From contig MU053652.1 of NCBI GenBank assembly GCA_013239625.1, positions 6,501,902 to 6,565,901 of the forward strand: 64,000 bases of DNA. The letters are read 5' to 3'. The notes beneath the pieces are model-generated. The model ran no database searches, was not told the origin of the DNA, and saw only the letters and a program-made list of their open reading frames with translations. Made by a program: the position numbers and the translations under genes. Below are positions 52,386 to 64,000 of this stretch, piece after piece; the stretch's first letter is position 1; each line of letters starts with the position of its first letter. The stretch comes from Lama guanicoe (taxonomy: Eukaryota).

Positions 52386-54865
52386 TTGAAAAATGAACTT
52401 TCTTACTCAAATGACTTCAGTAAGTCAATAAGATTAATTCATGTCTTCTGGCCAGAACTTGTCCCTGATCATCAGATATGTTTGTTATCCTCTCCATTTA
52501 ACATATATATCTGAATATTTAATATATATTTTCCTTGTCAACTTATTAAAAATCAAATTTATCACCTTTAGTCCCATCTTTACTGTTATGGGATTCAGTA
52601 AACATAAATAAAAGATTCTCACAACCACTTATATTGTCTCTAGATTTTGTAACATCTCACGACCAATCTCTTCATTAAAAGCTGTTCTTAATCCCTCGGT
52701 CTCATTACTTTTACATTTAAATCGTTGCCATTGTCTCCACTTCCATTTCATGGGCCTGGCTACTCTTGCCCCTGACTCTGCCACACTGTCTACACTTTAC
52801 ATTGTTCAAGATTGATCCTTTTAAAACATTAATCTAATCATATCACTTCAAACTTATAAAATTTTCAAAGGCTCATCACTGATTGATAACATTAAAAATA
52901 ACAACAACGTTATAGTGTGGCATTTAAGAACTTCAGCTTCTGACTCCTATAGACTCTTAATTAGAATTTATTTCATAATTGAAAAACTATGTCAGCCTTT
53001 TCAGATATTGTGCTGCTGGGTTCAACATTTCTTGCCTTTCTTTAAACTCCCCTAAAAATGGTCATCCCCTAAGCAAATATTTCTCCTTTTTTCAAAACAA
53101 TTGTGATATCTGGCACTTTTTTCATTCTCAAAATAACCATCATAGTCCTCATGAGCTCATTCTTCCTTAGTCTTCTATAGATTCATCTGTAATAGGCTAC
53201 ATTCATCATCTCAGAGGAATAAAATAGAAATTAAGAAATCTCATTATTCCACTATATTTTTGTAAAAAATGAGATCTCTTTCCTCTTTTTGATCCTTACG
53301 CACTGGGCAATGGTTAATATTCTAATACTTATTAAAAAAAATAAAACCTTATGAAAACAGCAGACAAATAGAGATCTCTTTTCATAGGAAACTGTTATTT
53401 TGTAATATTGACAAGTAATATTATTCTGTGTAGAAATTTGTTCACAGTAATTTTAGTTGATGCATTTGGCATTTCTATTATGGAGGTACAGCATATATTT
53501 TCTTGTTAATAGCCTACCAAATATTTAATATTTCATGCATTCATTCAAAAACACAGCTTTCCAAACTTACTAATGTCATACTAAAGCTGTATTGCATTCA
53601 TCTAGATAAATAAAACACTTCACCAGTATCTGGAATTAGGACTCAAGATATTTTATAACTACAGAACTTATTAACCATTTATAGCATGAAATGCACTATA
53701 AAAACTCATAGAACTATGACCCAGTGGCAGTCATTTCTTTTCCTGTTTATTCAAACACTCCCCTTCCTTTCCTTATATTTCAGGACAACATCTAATTAGA
53801 AGCTCTTCCCTTGGATTTAAGAATTTCAGACTTCTATAAATTACTGAGTCAACACTCACGAGGCAAGGAAGGAAGATCCTGACTGCCAGAGCTCTTGCCT
53901 TTCTATCATGAAGTTAAATACCATAAGATGAGTTAATTACTTTTACACTCTGATCACAATCTTTTTTTGTCTCCATTGCCAGTTGATTCAGTGCACAGAG
54001 AGACACTACTGCTCCAGGCCTGCTAAACGCTATAGCAATAGACTTGTCAGGTAGAGTCATCTAGGCTATGGGATCGGAGGCACCTCTCTAGAGGGAAAGC
54101 TGACATAATTTCCAGTGAATGCCAGGGCCCTAGGAGGAAGGAAGAGGCTCTTTTGATAAAGAGGGCCTTGAATTTTAGCTGAGCAGACCAGGAAGCTATA
54201 GGCCTCTGAGTATTATTCTAAGATGTTTGCATTGTTTTTCTAATCCTTTTCCTCATGATATAAAAAATATGGGGTCATGGAAACATTATAAACAAATAGA
54301 AGGTAAAGTGTACAACAAGGTCAATTTTCTCTTACTTTGTATGTAAAAAGATAAATAATCCTTTCAAATCCTGTCCTAAGAAACACAGGATATCTAATGA
54401 AGGTCACTACTGGGGGGAAAAAATGAACAAAAGGAAAAAGTAATTGTGTCTCATTTGAGGTCAATGGGCATATGGAATTTAAGAATTTATTAGAATGACT
54501 ACCGTCACCTTTACTTATTTACAGAAGCCATTTTTAACAGTAATGCAGTACTGTGCCATAAATGGGTTCAAAACTAAACTGGCAATATAAAATAATTGAT
54601 AATATAAAATGCATGATAATAAAAAAGCATCAATAGTTACTGCTTATCAGATCCTTACCAAATGTGTTCCAAAAATGTTTTATAAATTTTAAATTAATCA
54701 TATAATTTGATTCCCACAAACACTCTTTTAAAATGTTTTAAAGATAAGAAAACTGATACTAAGATAATTTAAGCAATACACTCCAATTCATTCAATAAGG
54801 AATTGAATTCTGATCAAATCAAATTAATAATTGTGCTCTCAAGAACTATGTTATGATGCTTTTCT

Positions 54866-55039
54866 TTTTCTTTTGTAGTATAGTCAGTTTACAATGCCAT
54901 GCCAATTTCTGGTGTATAGCATAATGTTTTAGTCATACATATACATACATATATTGGTTTTCATATTCTTTTTCATTATAGGCTACTACAAGATACTGAA
55001 TGTAGCTCCCTGTGCTATACAGAAGAAACTTGCTGTTCA
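54866..55039 (-). mobile_element. Short L1 3' end with TSD
   Basis: gtagtatagtcagtttacaat...ccctgtgctatacag; TSD tatgatgcttttct (54852-54865) / tataatgcttttct (55040-55053). Confidence 0.85.
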
Positions 55040-55989
55040 TATAATGCTTTTCTAACACGGATAAAATAAGGTCCTTGTAAATATATTTTCTAAACAAGCA
55101 AATATTTCAGTTACTTGACACTGGAGTATGAGGACTTTTCAATGAATGCTTTTCCTGGATAATTGCTTAAACTATTTCATTCCAACTGTTGTAATGATAC
55201 TCCACTAAATATGGAGTAATAGAAATTTGAAGAAACTTCATAAATGTGCACATTAACTATGAGAACAAAGGCCTTGCCATTTTCCTACTGTTCATAAAAT
55301 AAACGTGCAGAATACAAGCATGTGGCCATAGTTAACACTCCTTTCAATAAAATAAATTGCTAAGGAAAATGATAAGCGATGTTTGGGTTCCCATAACATC
55401 ATTGTTTAAGGCTGACAGTTTTGCAGTATTACTCAGCCTCCTAAGACCTCACTGCAATGTTTATTTTGTTTACCTGAGACAGTGTTGCTCAGTGATGACC
55501 TGTAGAATTCATGAATTACATGAATGTGTATTTCTGCCTAAGAGGTCAAAATGTTTGTATAGTTTGACAAAATTTTACAGTTTTATGAGTATATAATTCC
55601 TTTCATATATCGTAGCATTTCTAATAAACACCAATAAATCTGAATAATAATCAGCAAAGTTCAAATAATAATGAGATCTCAACTTCTGGCTCCTTTTACG
55701 GGTGCTGAATTTGTAAGGCTTCTTCCTCAACATAATTCCTCTTTGTGCTGAACAACTTGCACCAACTTTTGTCTACATTTACTATGTGTCCAAAGATCCC
55801 CCTCCATGTCTTTTCTTTTTCTAAAGTGTTCTACAGATGCAGTTGCTACACAGTTATGAATTTAGGCATACATTCCAAATCCCAGTGTAGGATGCAGGGG
55901 CAAGCAGGAAAAATTTTTCCAAAACTGACTTTGTGCCACTGCATTCTTTAAAAAAAAAAGTCTAATTTAATCTTTTAAAAAAACTCTTT

Positions 55990-56287
55990 TTTTCCTTTTT
56001 TTAAACTGAAGTATAGTTCTGTTTACCATAGCCAAGACTTGGAAACAACCTAATGTACACTGACAGATGACTGGATAAAGTAGTCGTGATATACATATAC
56101 ATATATACATGCCCACAATGGAATGCTACTTAGCCATAAAAAGAATGAAATAATGCCATTTGCAGCAACACGGATGGACCTAGAGATTATCATACTCAGT
56201 GAAGTAAGTCAGACAGAGAAAGAAAAATATCACATGGTATCACTTATATGTGGAATCTGAAAATATGAGACAAATGAACTTATTCAC
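55990..56287 (-). mobile_element. 5'-inverted (twin-primed) L1 insertion
   Basis: T tract plus antisense L1 terminus (55990-56026) joined to a plus-strand ORF2-end/3'UTR piece (56027-56287); 12-bp TSD aaaaaactcttt at 55978-55989 and 56288-56299. Confidence 0.82.
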
Positions 56288-57864
56288 AAAAAACTCTTTA
56301 AATCAGATCTTATCCACACTATGTAATAAAAGGTATAAAAACAGAGAAAAGAAAGATTAAGTAACTTTCCTAAATCACACAACACTGGGACTTGGAATTT
56401 GAAACTATGTAGATATGCCTGGCCTTCACTATGTTTCAAGTCACCAATATATGAAAACAAAGTTGTCAAATAAAAAGTCCCTTCACTTTCAAAAGCTTTC
56501 ATATCAAGACTGTTAGCCTAAATGAATGAAGATTTAACATTATAATCATTGTTTTATTTTTGTTTTCTTTAGTGGTTGAAGTTTCAGTCACTGGTGCTGA
56601 CAGGTTAAGAGAGTAATTATAATTTCCACTTCATCCACAAATTGAAATGATTTGTTAGCTACAAGTTGATTTAAAGAAAAAATCTTGGTTATATTTTTGC
56701 TAAGGGAATTACAGGAGCTTTAGTACCAGTTCAGAGAGACTTACACGTCTATCTTTAATTTATTCTTCACATTTTTTTAAAGGCAGTCAACCAGGTCACA
56801 AAAGATAATGCAGTGAGATAGAACTCAGCCCATTGTTTAAGGCAGTAAGTATGGCAGAAAGGTCACATTAACATATTGCCAGTTTTCCTGCTCACTTATC
56901 CATTAAGAGTTAAAGGTACAAAATTATATTTTAGAAATTGATGGCTACAGTAGAAAACATTGGCAATAACAGTAGAATGTATCTCATGTCACTACAATCA
57001 TAATTTATAGGTCACAGGACTGGTGATAAGGGTAGTAAGTCCATTACAGCCACTGAGTTAAGACCAACTTTTAATTATTTGTGGATTAATATGTCAGGGG
57101 GAGTGTCCTGTAATATATCTGTATGATTAGGGTGGTATATTTTGCACTGAACAACCTGAATCATGTAAGTGTTACACTCAAGATTTGGTCAACGTCAAAT
57201 AAAACCATTTCAATTAGTAAGTTGAAATGGGATAGAGACATAAAAGAGCTTAATTTAAGTGTTTTTGAAATAAGAATACAACTGTATATTAGGTTCAGTT
57301 TTAACAAGGAGACTATGGGGAAAGATTAAATTAGATGTGGGAGCAATAACAGTAATTACAGTATTAACAGTTATGTGTATGACAAAAATATGAGAAAATG
57401 TATAAAGAAAGATGTAATTAAAGTATTTTAATGTTTTTGTGAAAAGACAGGAAATTATTGTCTTTTTTACTTTAATAACTTACTTTAATAAGTAATGGGG
57501 GAGTCTGGACAACTATTAATAAACATACTTTGTTTATAAATTATACATATATGTGTGTGTGTATATATATATATTTATTTATTTATCTTTTTATCTTTTT
57601 CTGGGTTATTTGAGGAAACTACAAGTGAGATAGTTCTAAAAGGGTAGGAAATGTACCAAGAACCAAAAATACTGATCAACAAAATAACAGTATGAGAGCA
57701 GATTTCAGTGATGTATTTCAAATGGGTAAATTAGCCCTAAGTTTCAGAAGGAGACCAGCTGTGTGGAAGCAATGTCATCCCTATCTTCTGAGGCATGAAG
57801 CCTCTGGAAGACATTATTCAATAATTATAATGAGATGAAAATGAGTTATAATAATATTACTAGT

Positions 57865-58210
57865 TGTGGTAGAGGTTGCAAGTACAATTCTTCTAATTCT
57901 TCTCTTACTTGACACACAAAAAAGTATGACTTTAAGGCTCTTTGTAGTTAGGTGAGGCCATGTAACTAGTTTTAAGAATCAAATGTAAGCTGAAGTAATG
58001 TTTGTCTTCGTGGCTGAGATAGTAGAGGGACCCCATCCATCTCTGGAAGCCACACGTTAAGATGTCTCCATCAGAAGATGGTGGAGTCTCCATCAGTCTG
58101 GGTCCCTAAATGACTTATATTGAATACAGCCCCACTCATGCCACAGATATTTATGAGTGAGAAAAAAATTTTTATTTATAAAGCTACTGAGACATTAATC
58201 TTTGCTGACG
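57865..58210 (+). mobile_element. MaLR (MLT1-type) LTR
   Basis: ctctttgtagttaggtgaggccatgtaactag...ccatcagtctgggtccctaaatgac...aagctactgagac. Confidence 0.7.
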
Positions 58211-58419
58211 AATATCAGAGGATTTAGTGGCCAAGAGTCACAAAATGAGAAGCAGGAAAATAAGAGAAGGGCAAGAGAAAATGCAGGAGGAGAAGAGGAA
58301 AGGAGTCTGCAGCTTATATAAAGTCCACAGACTGTATATAAGCCAGACTCTCCAACACATCACTGAGGTTTTTCCACGCAGAAGAGTGAAAGCCACAAAG
58401 TGAAATATAATAAAAGAAT

Positions 58420-58600
58420 CACATTTCTATGATTCTGTAATATATATTCTTTCATATTTTGACATTTCTAAAATATCATTCCATCTTGTACTGAATGTTG
58501 TAAGATACAACTGTATCATTGTTTAATTGGCCATTTTCCTTAGAAGCACATAATGCTGCATCTTACAATTAGTAATGACTGAGATGACTGAAATATGTTA
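58420..58600. mobile_element. MER104-like Tc2/mariner MITE
   Basis: atttctatgattct...catattttgacatttct...gcatcttacaatt...gatgactgaaatatg. Confidence 0.6.
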
Positions 58601-58909
58601 ATTTCTGCTACTTTGTCTCCAATTTTTATTAGGGAATATGGCCTACTGAATATAAATTAGCTTCTCTGGCCAGAGTTGAGAAGATTCAAACATTTAAGTA
58701 ATTAACATCAAGTTGTAAATGCATAAACACCTATTTAATTTTGAGTTTGCAGAAAATCCCTGCCATAGAATGATCATTTTTATTATCTATAATCATGGAA
58801 GTACATTTGTGATGAATTGCTTGGATATTTATCATTGTGTAGAATATAAAAAGTCCACAGTATGTTGATTTATGTGTCCCTAAAAAATATCGATTTTGTG
58901 ATAGATGTG

Positions 58910-59315
58910 TGTGGCAGACAAGGAGATGCATCACTCAGACTCCCCTTCAAGATCCTCCTTCATTGTCCAGTTTCCAGCAGTGTGGTTGCCAGGCAGGCTT
59001 TAGCTGTTGGCTCCTTCACAGGTGGCCTCATATTTTGAGTTAAAGTTGCACTCTTCCAAAGATGACCTCCAGCTAATGACTGAGCAAGGTATTGCCACAA
59101 AGGCCTGGACATTTCCACTCAAGGCAAGACTACTCCAACAGGTAATCCTTGTTCCAGAGCTCCCCAAAGAGAGCTGGCAGAGACTTCATCATGTCTGCAT
59201 AATGACATGACTTTCCTGCCCAATTCTGTTTCTTTCATAGGTGTTACTACCAAAAAAAACACTGAGAACTTCTAAAAAATGTTTCTGTCTGCTTCCCTGA
59301 TAATCCAACTGGCAC
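58910..59315 (+). mobile_element. LTR16-like ERVL solo LTR
   Basis: tgtggcagacaaggagatgcatcactcagactccccttcaag...gtctgcttccctgataatccaac. Confidence 0.65.
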
Positions 59316-60479
59316 AAAATGAATACACAATTTTGATCAGGATCAGGAGAAAAAAAAAGATTTGTTTTTTAGTTATCTTCCTTGACTTTGAAAATTACTA
59401 GAATTTTAGATTATGTTTTCACACACTTTTAGTATTTACTGTTTCTAAAATGTGGATATATCTTACAAGTGATATGAATAAGGAATATAAGTTTCTAAAA
59501 AATAATGAATTTGATACAAATTGTTATCAAAATAATCATGGATATTTGAGTATATGTCAACTTAGAATCAAGGAAGTATGACATATTATTCCGAGGTGCA
59601 TGTAGCAAATTGTGCAATGTGCTATATTTTATATTTAAAAGACTGGAAGCTAGCAAACATATGCTACAAAACAATTTCCCCCATATGTAATTCTACATTC
59701 ATGGCCTAGCTAATTAACCTCTCTGTCAGTGTCTGCGTGTGAAAATACAACCAGTATCAAAGTTGCTAGGAAGATAAAATGAGATCATTAATATGAAAAG
59801 CCTTTGAAAATTTAAGAGAACCCTGTGATTTTTCCCAACTGTGTACAGCAGACTTTGAATATAACTAACAAGTAGCAGATATCACACCATTTACCCCTCC
59901 CATGCACACACACACACACACACACAACTATGAGTCATGGAATATTCTATGAAGTCTTAATGTAGCATGAGATTCTCTTTGAACATAACACGATAGCTGA
60001 CCACTAATGGTTACCTATCATTTTGAGTTGGCAAATGAAAATTATATGCCTGAACTCCTACTTTTTGCATTCAAGGCCTTTTAAAATTAGATCTCAATTG
60101 ACTTTTCAAACCAACAATAATGTGAATGTTCAAGAGTAGCCAAATTACTCTACAAAGCAATTTTGGGATTTTTCTATTATATCTCTGTTGCTTGTCAGAA
60201 ACAACTTAAAGTTAGTTTGTATGATTGCCCTGACTAATCAAGTGAGAAATCCAGATACCAGTAGACTTAGCAGGTCAGGATAATAAGTAACTACCCAGAA
60301 AATACTTATAGGTTGTTATACAAACAACTACTTAATGAGCAACAAAACAGTATTTTGAACAGCCCTGTCGAATAAAAGTTTCTGTGGTAATAAAAAATGA
60401 AATATATCCTCACTGTCCAATAAAGTAGCCACCAGTTTCATATGATTTTTGAGTACTTTAAAAGTAACTAGTGTGACAT

Positions 60480-61393
60480 TAAAAGGATCATACACCATGA
60501 CCAAGTGGGATTTATCTCAGGGATTCAAAGATTTTTCAATATCCACAAATCAATCAATGTGATACACCACATTAAGAAATTGAAAAATAAAAACCATGTG
60601 ATCATCTTAATAGATACAGAAAAAGCTTTTGATAAAATTCAACATCCATTTGTAATTAAAAAAAAAAAACCTCTCCAGGAAATGGGCACAGAGGGAACAT
60701 ATATCAATATAATAAAGACCATATACAACAAACCTGCAGCTAACACCATATTCAATGGTGAAAAGCTGAAAGCATTTCCTATAAGATCAGGAAAAAAACA
60801 AGGGTGCCCACTCTCACCACTCTTGTTCAACATAGTTTTTGAAGTCCTAGCCACCACAATCAGAGAAGAAAAACAAATAAAAGGAATCCAAATTGCAAAG
60901 AAAGAAGGAAAACTCATTGTTTGCAAATTACATGACACTATACATAGTCAAGACATGAAAGCAACCTAAACTGCCCAATGACAGATGAATGGATAAAGAA
61001 GATATGGTATGTATGGATGTGTGTATGTATAATGGAATATACTTAGCCATGAAAAGTGAAGTAATGCCATTTGCAGCAACAAAGATGGACCTAGAGATTA
61101 TCATACTAAGTGAAGTAAGTCAGACAAAGACAAATATCACATGATATCACTTATATGTGGAATCTAAAAAAAATGATACAAGTGAACTCATTCACAAAAC
61201 AGAAATAGACTCACAGACATAGAAAATAAACTTATGGTTACCAAAAAGGAAAGTGGAGAGAGGAATAAATTTGGAATTTGAGATTCACACACACACATAC
61301 ATATATATATATATAACTAAATCACTTTGCTGTAGACCTGAAACATTGTAAATCAACTATACTTCATTAAAAAAAATAGCAAATAAATAAATA
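60480..61393 (+). mobile_element. L1 (RT region fused to ORF2 end and 3' UTR) inserted into a MER3/MER33-like element
   Basis: ORF 60505-60969 is L1 RT ([23 protein letters not shown]); imperfect TSD aaaagta(act)agtgtgacat at 60460-60479 and 61394-61409; MER-like sequence at 60360-60479 resumes after 61410. Confidence 0.92.
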
Positions 61394-61459
61394 AAAAGTA
61401 GTGTGACATAGGAACTGAAATTTTAATTATATTTATTTAAATATATATTTAAATAGATA

Positions 61460-64000
61460 GGAAAGTATTTCCAGAATGGCAGAGGAAAGAACTGCAAATA
61501 TTCACTCCTCCTTAAAATAAGATGTGAAAAAACTAGTCAAAATCAATTTTTAATAACTCTATAAATTAAAGTTTGCAGCAATCAGATGAGTGTTTATTCA
61601 AGAAAAATGGATGAATGTTAGTAGGACCAATGAACTCTGCTGTGTTTTAACTTGAAGTATTATCATCCCCCTCTCCCTATCTCCCTACCATGAAAACAAA
61701 AAGCACCTACATCAAACCCATAAAAATTATAGAAATAATGTCTAGCCACAGCAAGGTCAGTGCATGTTTGATATCCACAAAGTCCCATCCCTAGAAAACC
61801 GTCAGCATTTAAACTCTCTGCCAGCTCCCTGAAAAAGCAGGGTTTGCCTTTGTTTGATTTGACTCAGAGCTCATACTCAGCAAACAGCCACATCCCTAGA
61901 ATGTTTGGTGTAAACAGTTGGCAGCAATTGTTTAATACTGTATCTTCATGAGCTGAAGATATTAGTTGTGGCTAACAATAGGCTGACCAAAAAACTTAAA
62001 ATGAAAAACTGAGGAATGAGATGTCCATAGGAGCTTTTGAAAGTTTCATCATATCCCTGGGAATCTAGAAGGTCATGCCCATATTCACAGATTTCCCATG
62101 CCTATGAGAGATCTGAGAAGACATAATCTCTTACCTCAGGCTGACCATGAGCTTCTGTGTAAGCAGGAAGTTAAAGCTAAGGCAGAGTTACCAACTGTTT
62201 GATGAAACATTAAAATTGTGCTTCAACATACAGGGTGTCTTTGCAAATTCTCAAAGAAATTTTGGTGTAAGGTATTTAAGGAAAATCTCTAACCAATCAT
62301 TAGCAGATCATGAAGGTAACTGAGCAGAGTTCAATGGCCACACATGATAAAGAAAACAGACTTTTAAAAGGTAATACTGGAGAGTCACTGAACACCACCA
62401 GCAGTAACAACTACAAACAGCAACAGTGAACAGTAACAAACTCTGGGTGGGGGGGTGGAATTTGATTTCCAAGGTCGCCACATTATATATACATATATAT
62501 TTTAACTATTCTACTTGCAAAGTAGGAAAGTATGATAAATACACAGAAAAACCAGTATGTTCGAAGAACTAAAGGAAGCTATTCTAAGGAATTAAAGGAA
62601 AGTATAGGAATTACGTAGGTAATATCTATAAAAGAGAAAAACACATAAAAAATCTTGAGTGAAAAATAAAGTAATTGAAATGAAAAATTCACTAGAGTTG
62701 TAAAAGCTGATTATCAGCAGACTGAAGAATCACTGAACTTGAAGATCAATTGCCATTACTTAGCCTGAGGGATGGAAACCATGTCTCCATCACCCCCAAA
62801 AAGAAAAAAAAAATGAACAGAGCCTCACTGATATATGGAACATAATCAAGTGTACCATCATGACCACAGGAGCCTCCAAGAAAAGGGGGGGGGGAGTGTG
62901 TGACAGAAAAGATATCTGAAGAAATAATAGCTGAAAAGTTCCTACTTCTAATGAATAACATTAATCTACACATCTAACAAGATCAATTAACTCTGGGGAA
63001 TACCCAAAGAGAAATACACTTAAACGCATCACAGTAAAACTTATCTAAGCCTAAGACAGAGACTAAAAACAGGAAAAGAAAAGTCATGTATCACATAGAA
63101 GGAATCCTCAATAAAAATAATCACAAAGTATTTTCTCAAATCACCATGGAATATATATCCACAACAAGCTATCATAACTAACAAGTGAGTCCATGAAAGT
63201 TTCAGGATATAAGATCCATATACAAATATCACTTGTATTTCTATATATTAGCAATGAACACTCAAAAAATGGTATTAAGAAAACAACACAGTTTATAATA
63301 GTGGCAATAAGAAAAAACATACATGTAACAATAAATTTTAAAAAAGCCCAATTATACACAGAAGTCTTCCAAAAGTAAGGAAATTAAAGACAGCCTAAAT
63401 GAATGGAAAGAAATCACATGCTCGTGACTGAAATAGTTAATATTAAAATGTCTATAATCCTGATTTGATCTACATATTCAACATAATCCCTATCAAAATC
63501 CCAGCTGCATTGTAGTTGTGCATGGAAATTGACAAGCTGATGCTACAATTCATTACAAGGATCCAGAATAGCCAAAACAATCTTGAAAAACAGGAATGAA
63601 GTTGGAGCATTATTACACTGTAATTTCAAAAATACTACAAGGCTACAATAATCAAGACAATATGGAAAAGGAAAGATACATAGATCAATAGAATAGACTT
63701 GAGAGTCCAGAAATAAATTTTTATATGTATAAATCAATCAAATTTTGACTAGGGTAACAAGAAAAATCAATGAGTAAATAATAGCCTCTTCAACAAATGA
63801 TACTGGCAACAACTGAATATTCACATGCAAAAAAAAAATGAATGTGGATATCTAATTTATACAATATATAATATATACAAAATATATATATATACTATGT
63901 ATATATATACACAAAGTATTAACTTTAAAAGGATCATAGATCTAAATGTTAGAAATACAAAATTCTTAGAAGAAAACAGGGATAAACAATGATTTCTTAG
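61460..64000 (+). mobile_element. Ancient L1M: 5' region, ORF1 remnants, then ORF2 3' half (runs off the window)
   Basis: gaaaagatatctgaagaaataatagctgaaaa (ORF1-like); ataatccctatcaaaatcccagc, ctcttcaacaaatgatactgg (ORF2). Confidence 0.8.

Noticed and set aside
1..64000. CRISPR arrays, operons, rRNA, CpG-island promoter, intact viral genes
   Set aside because: None seen; the sequence is repeat-rich mammalian non-coding DNA

Overview
AT-rich, CpG-poor mammalian genomic DNA, intronic or intergenic. It is probably camelid, judged from a vic-1-like tRNA-derived SINE and a young L1 3' UTR type. I found no intact protein-coding gene. The longer ORFs are decayed LINE-1 ORF2 pieces or chance ORFs inside LTR/SINE remnants. 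Much of the window is transposon debris (L1 of several ages, L2, MIR, MaLR/ERVL LTRs, MER DNA transposons). The one recognisable cellular gene sequence is a 5'-truncated processed pseudogene of STXBP1 (Munc18-1) on the minus strand (~42741-43312). It joins the end of exon 17 directly to the terminal exon, so it appears to record an exon-skipped mRNA. Other points of interest are a twin-primed (5'-inverted) L1 with a perfect TSD, two internally deleted L1s with recognisable TSDs, a ~98-bp diverged direct repeat, several non-repeat blocks that look like enhancers, and weak candidate small exons of an unidentified host transcript. I see no evidence for a new multi-gene system. Repeat family names were assigned by eye from remembered consensus sequences, and boundaries of old repeats are approximate.
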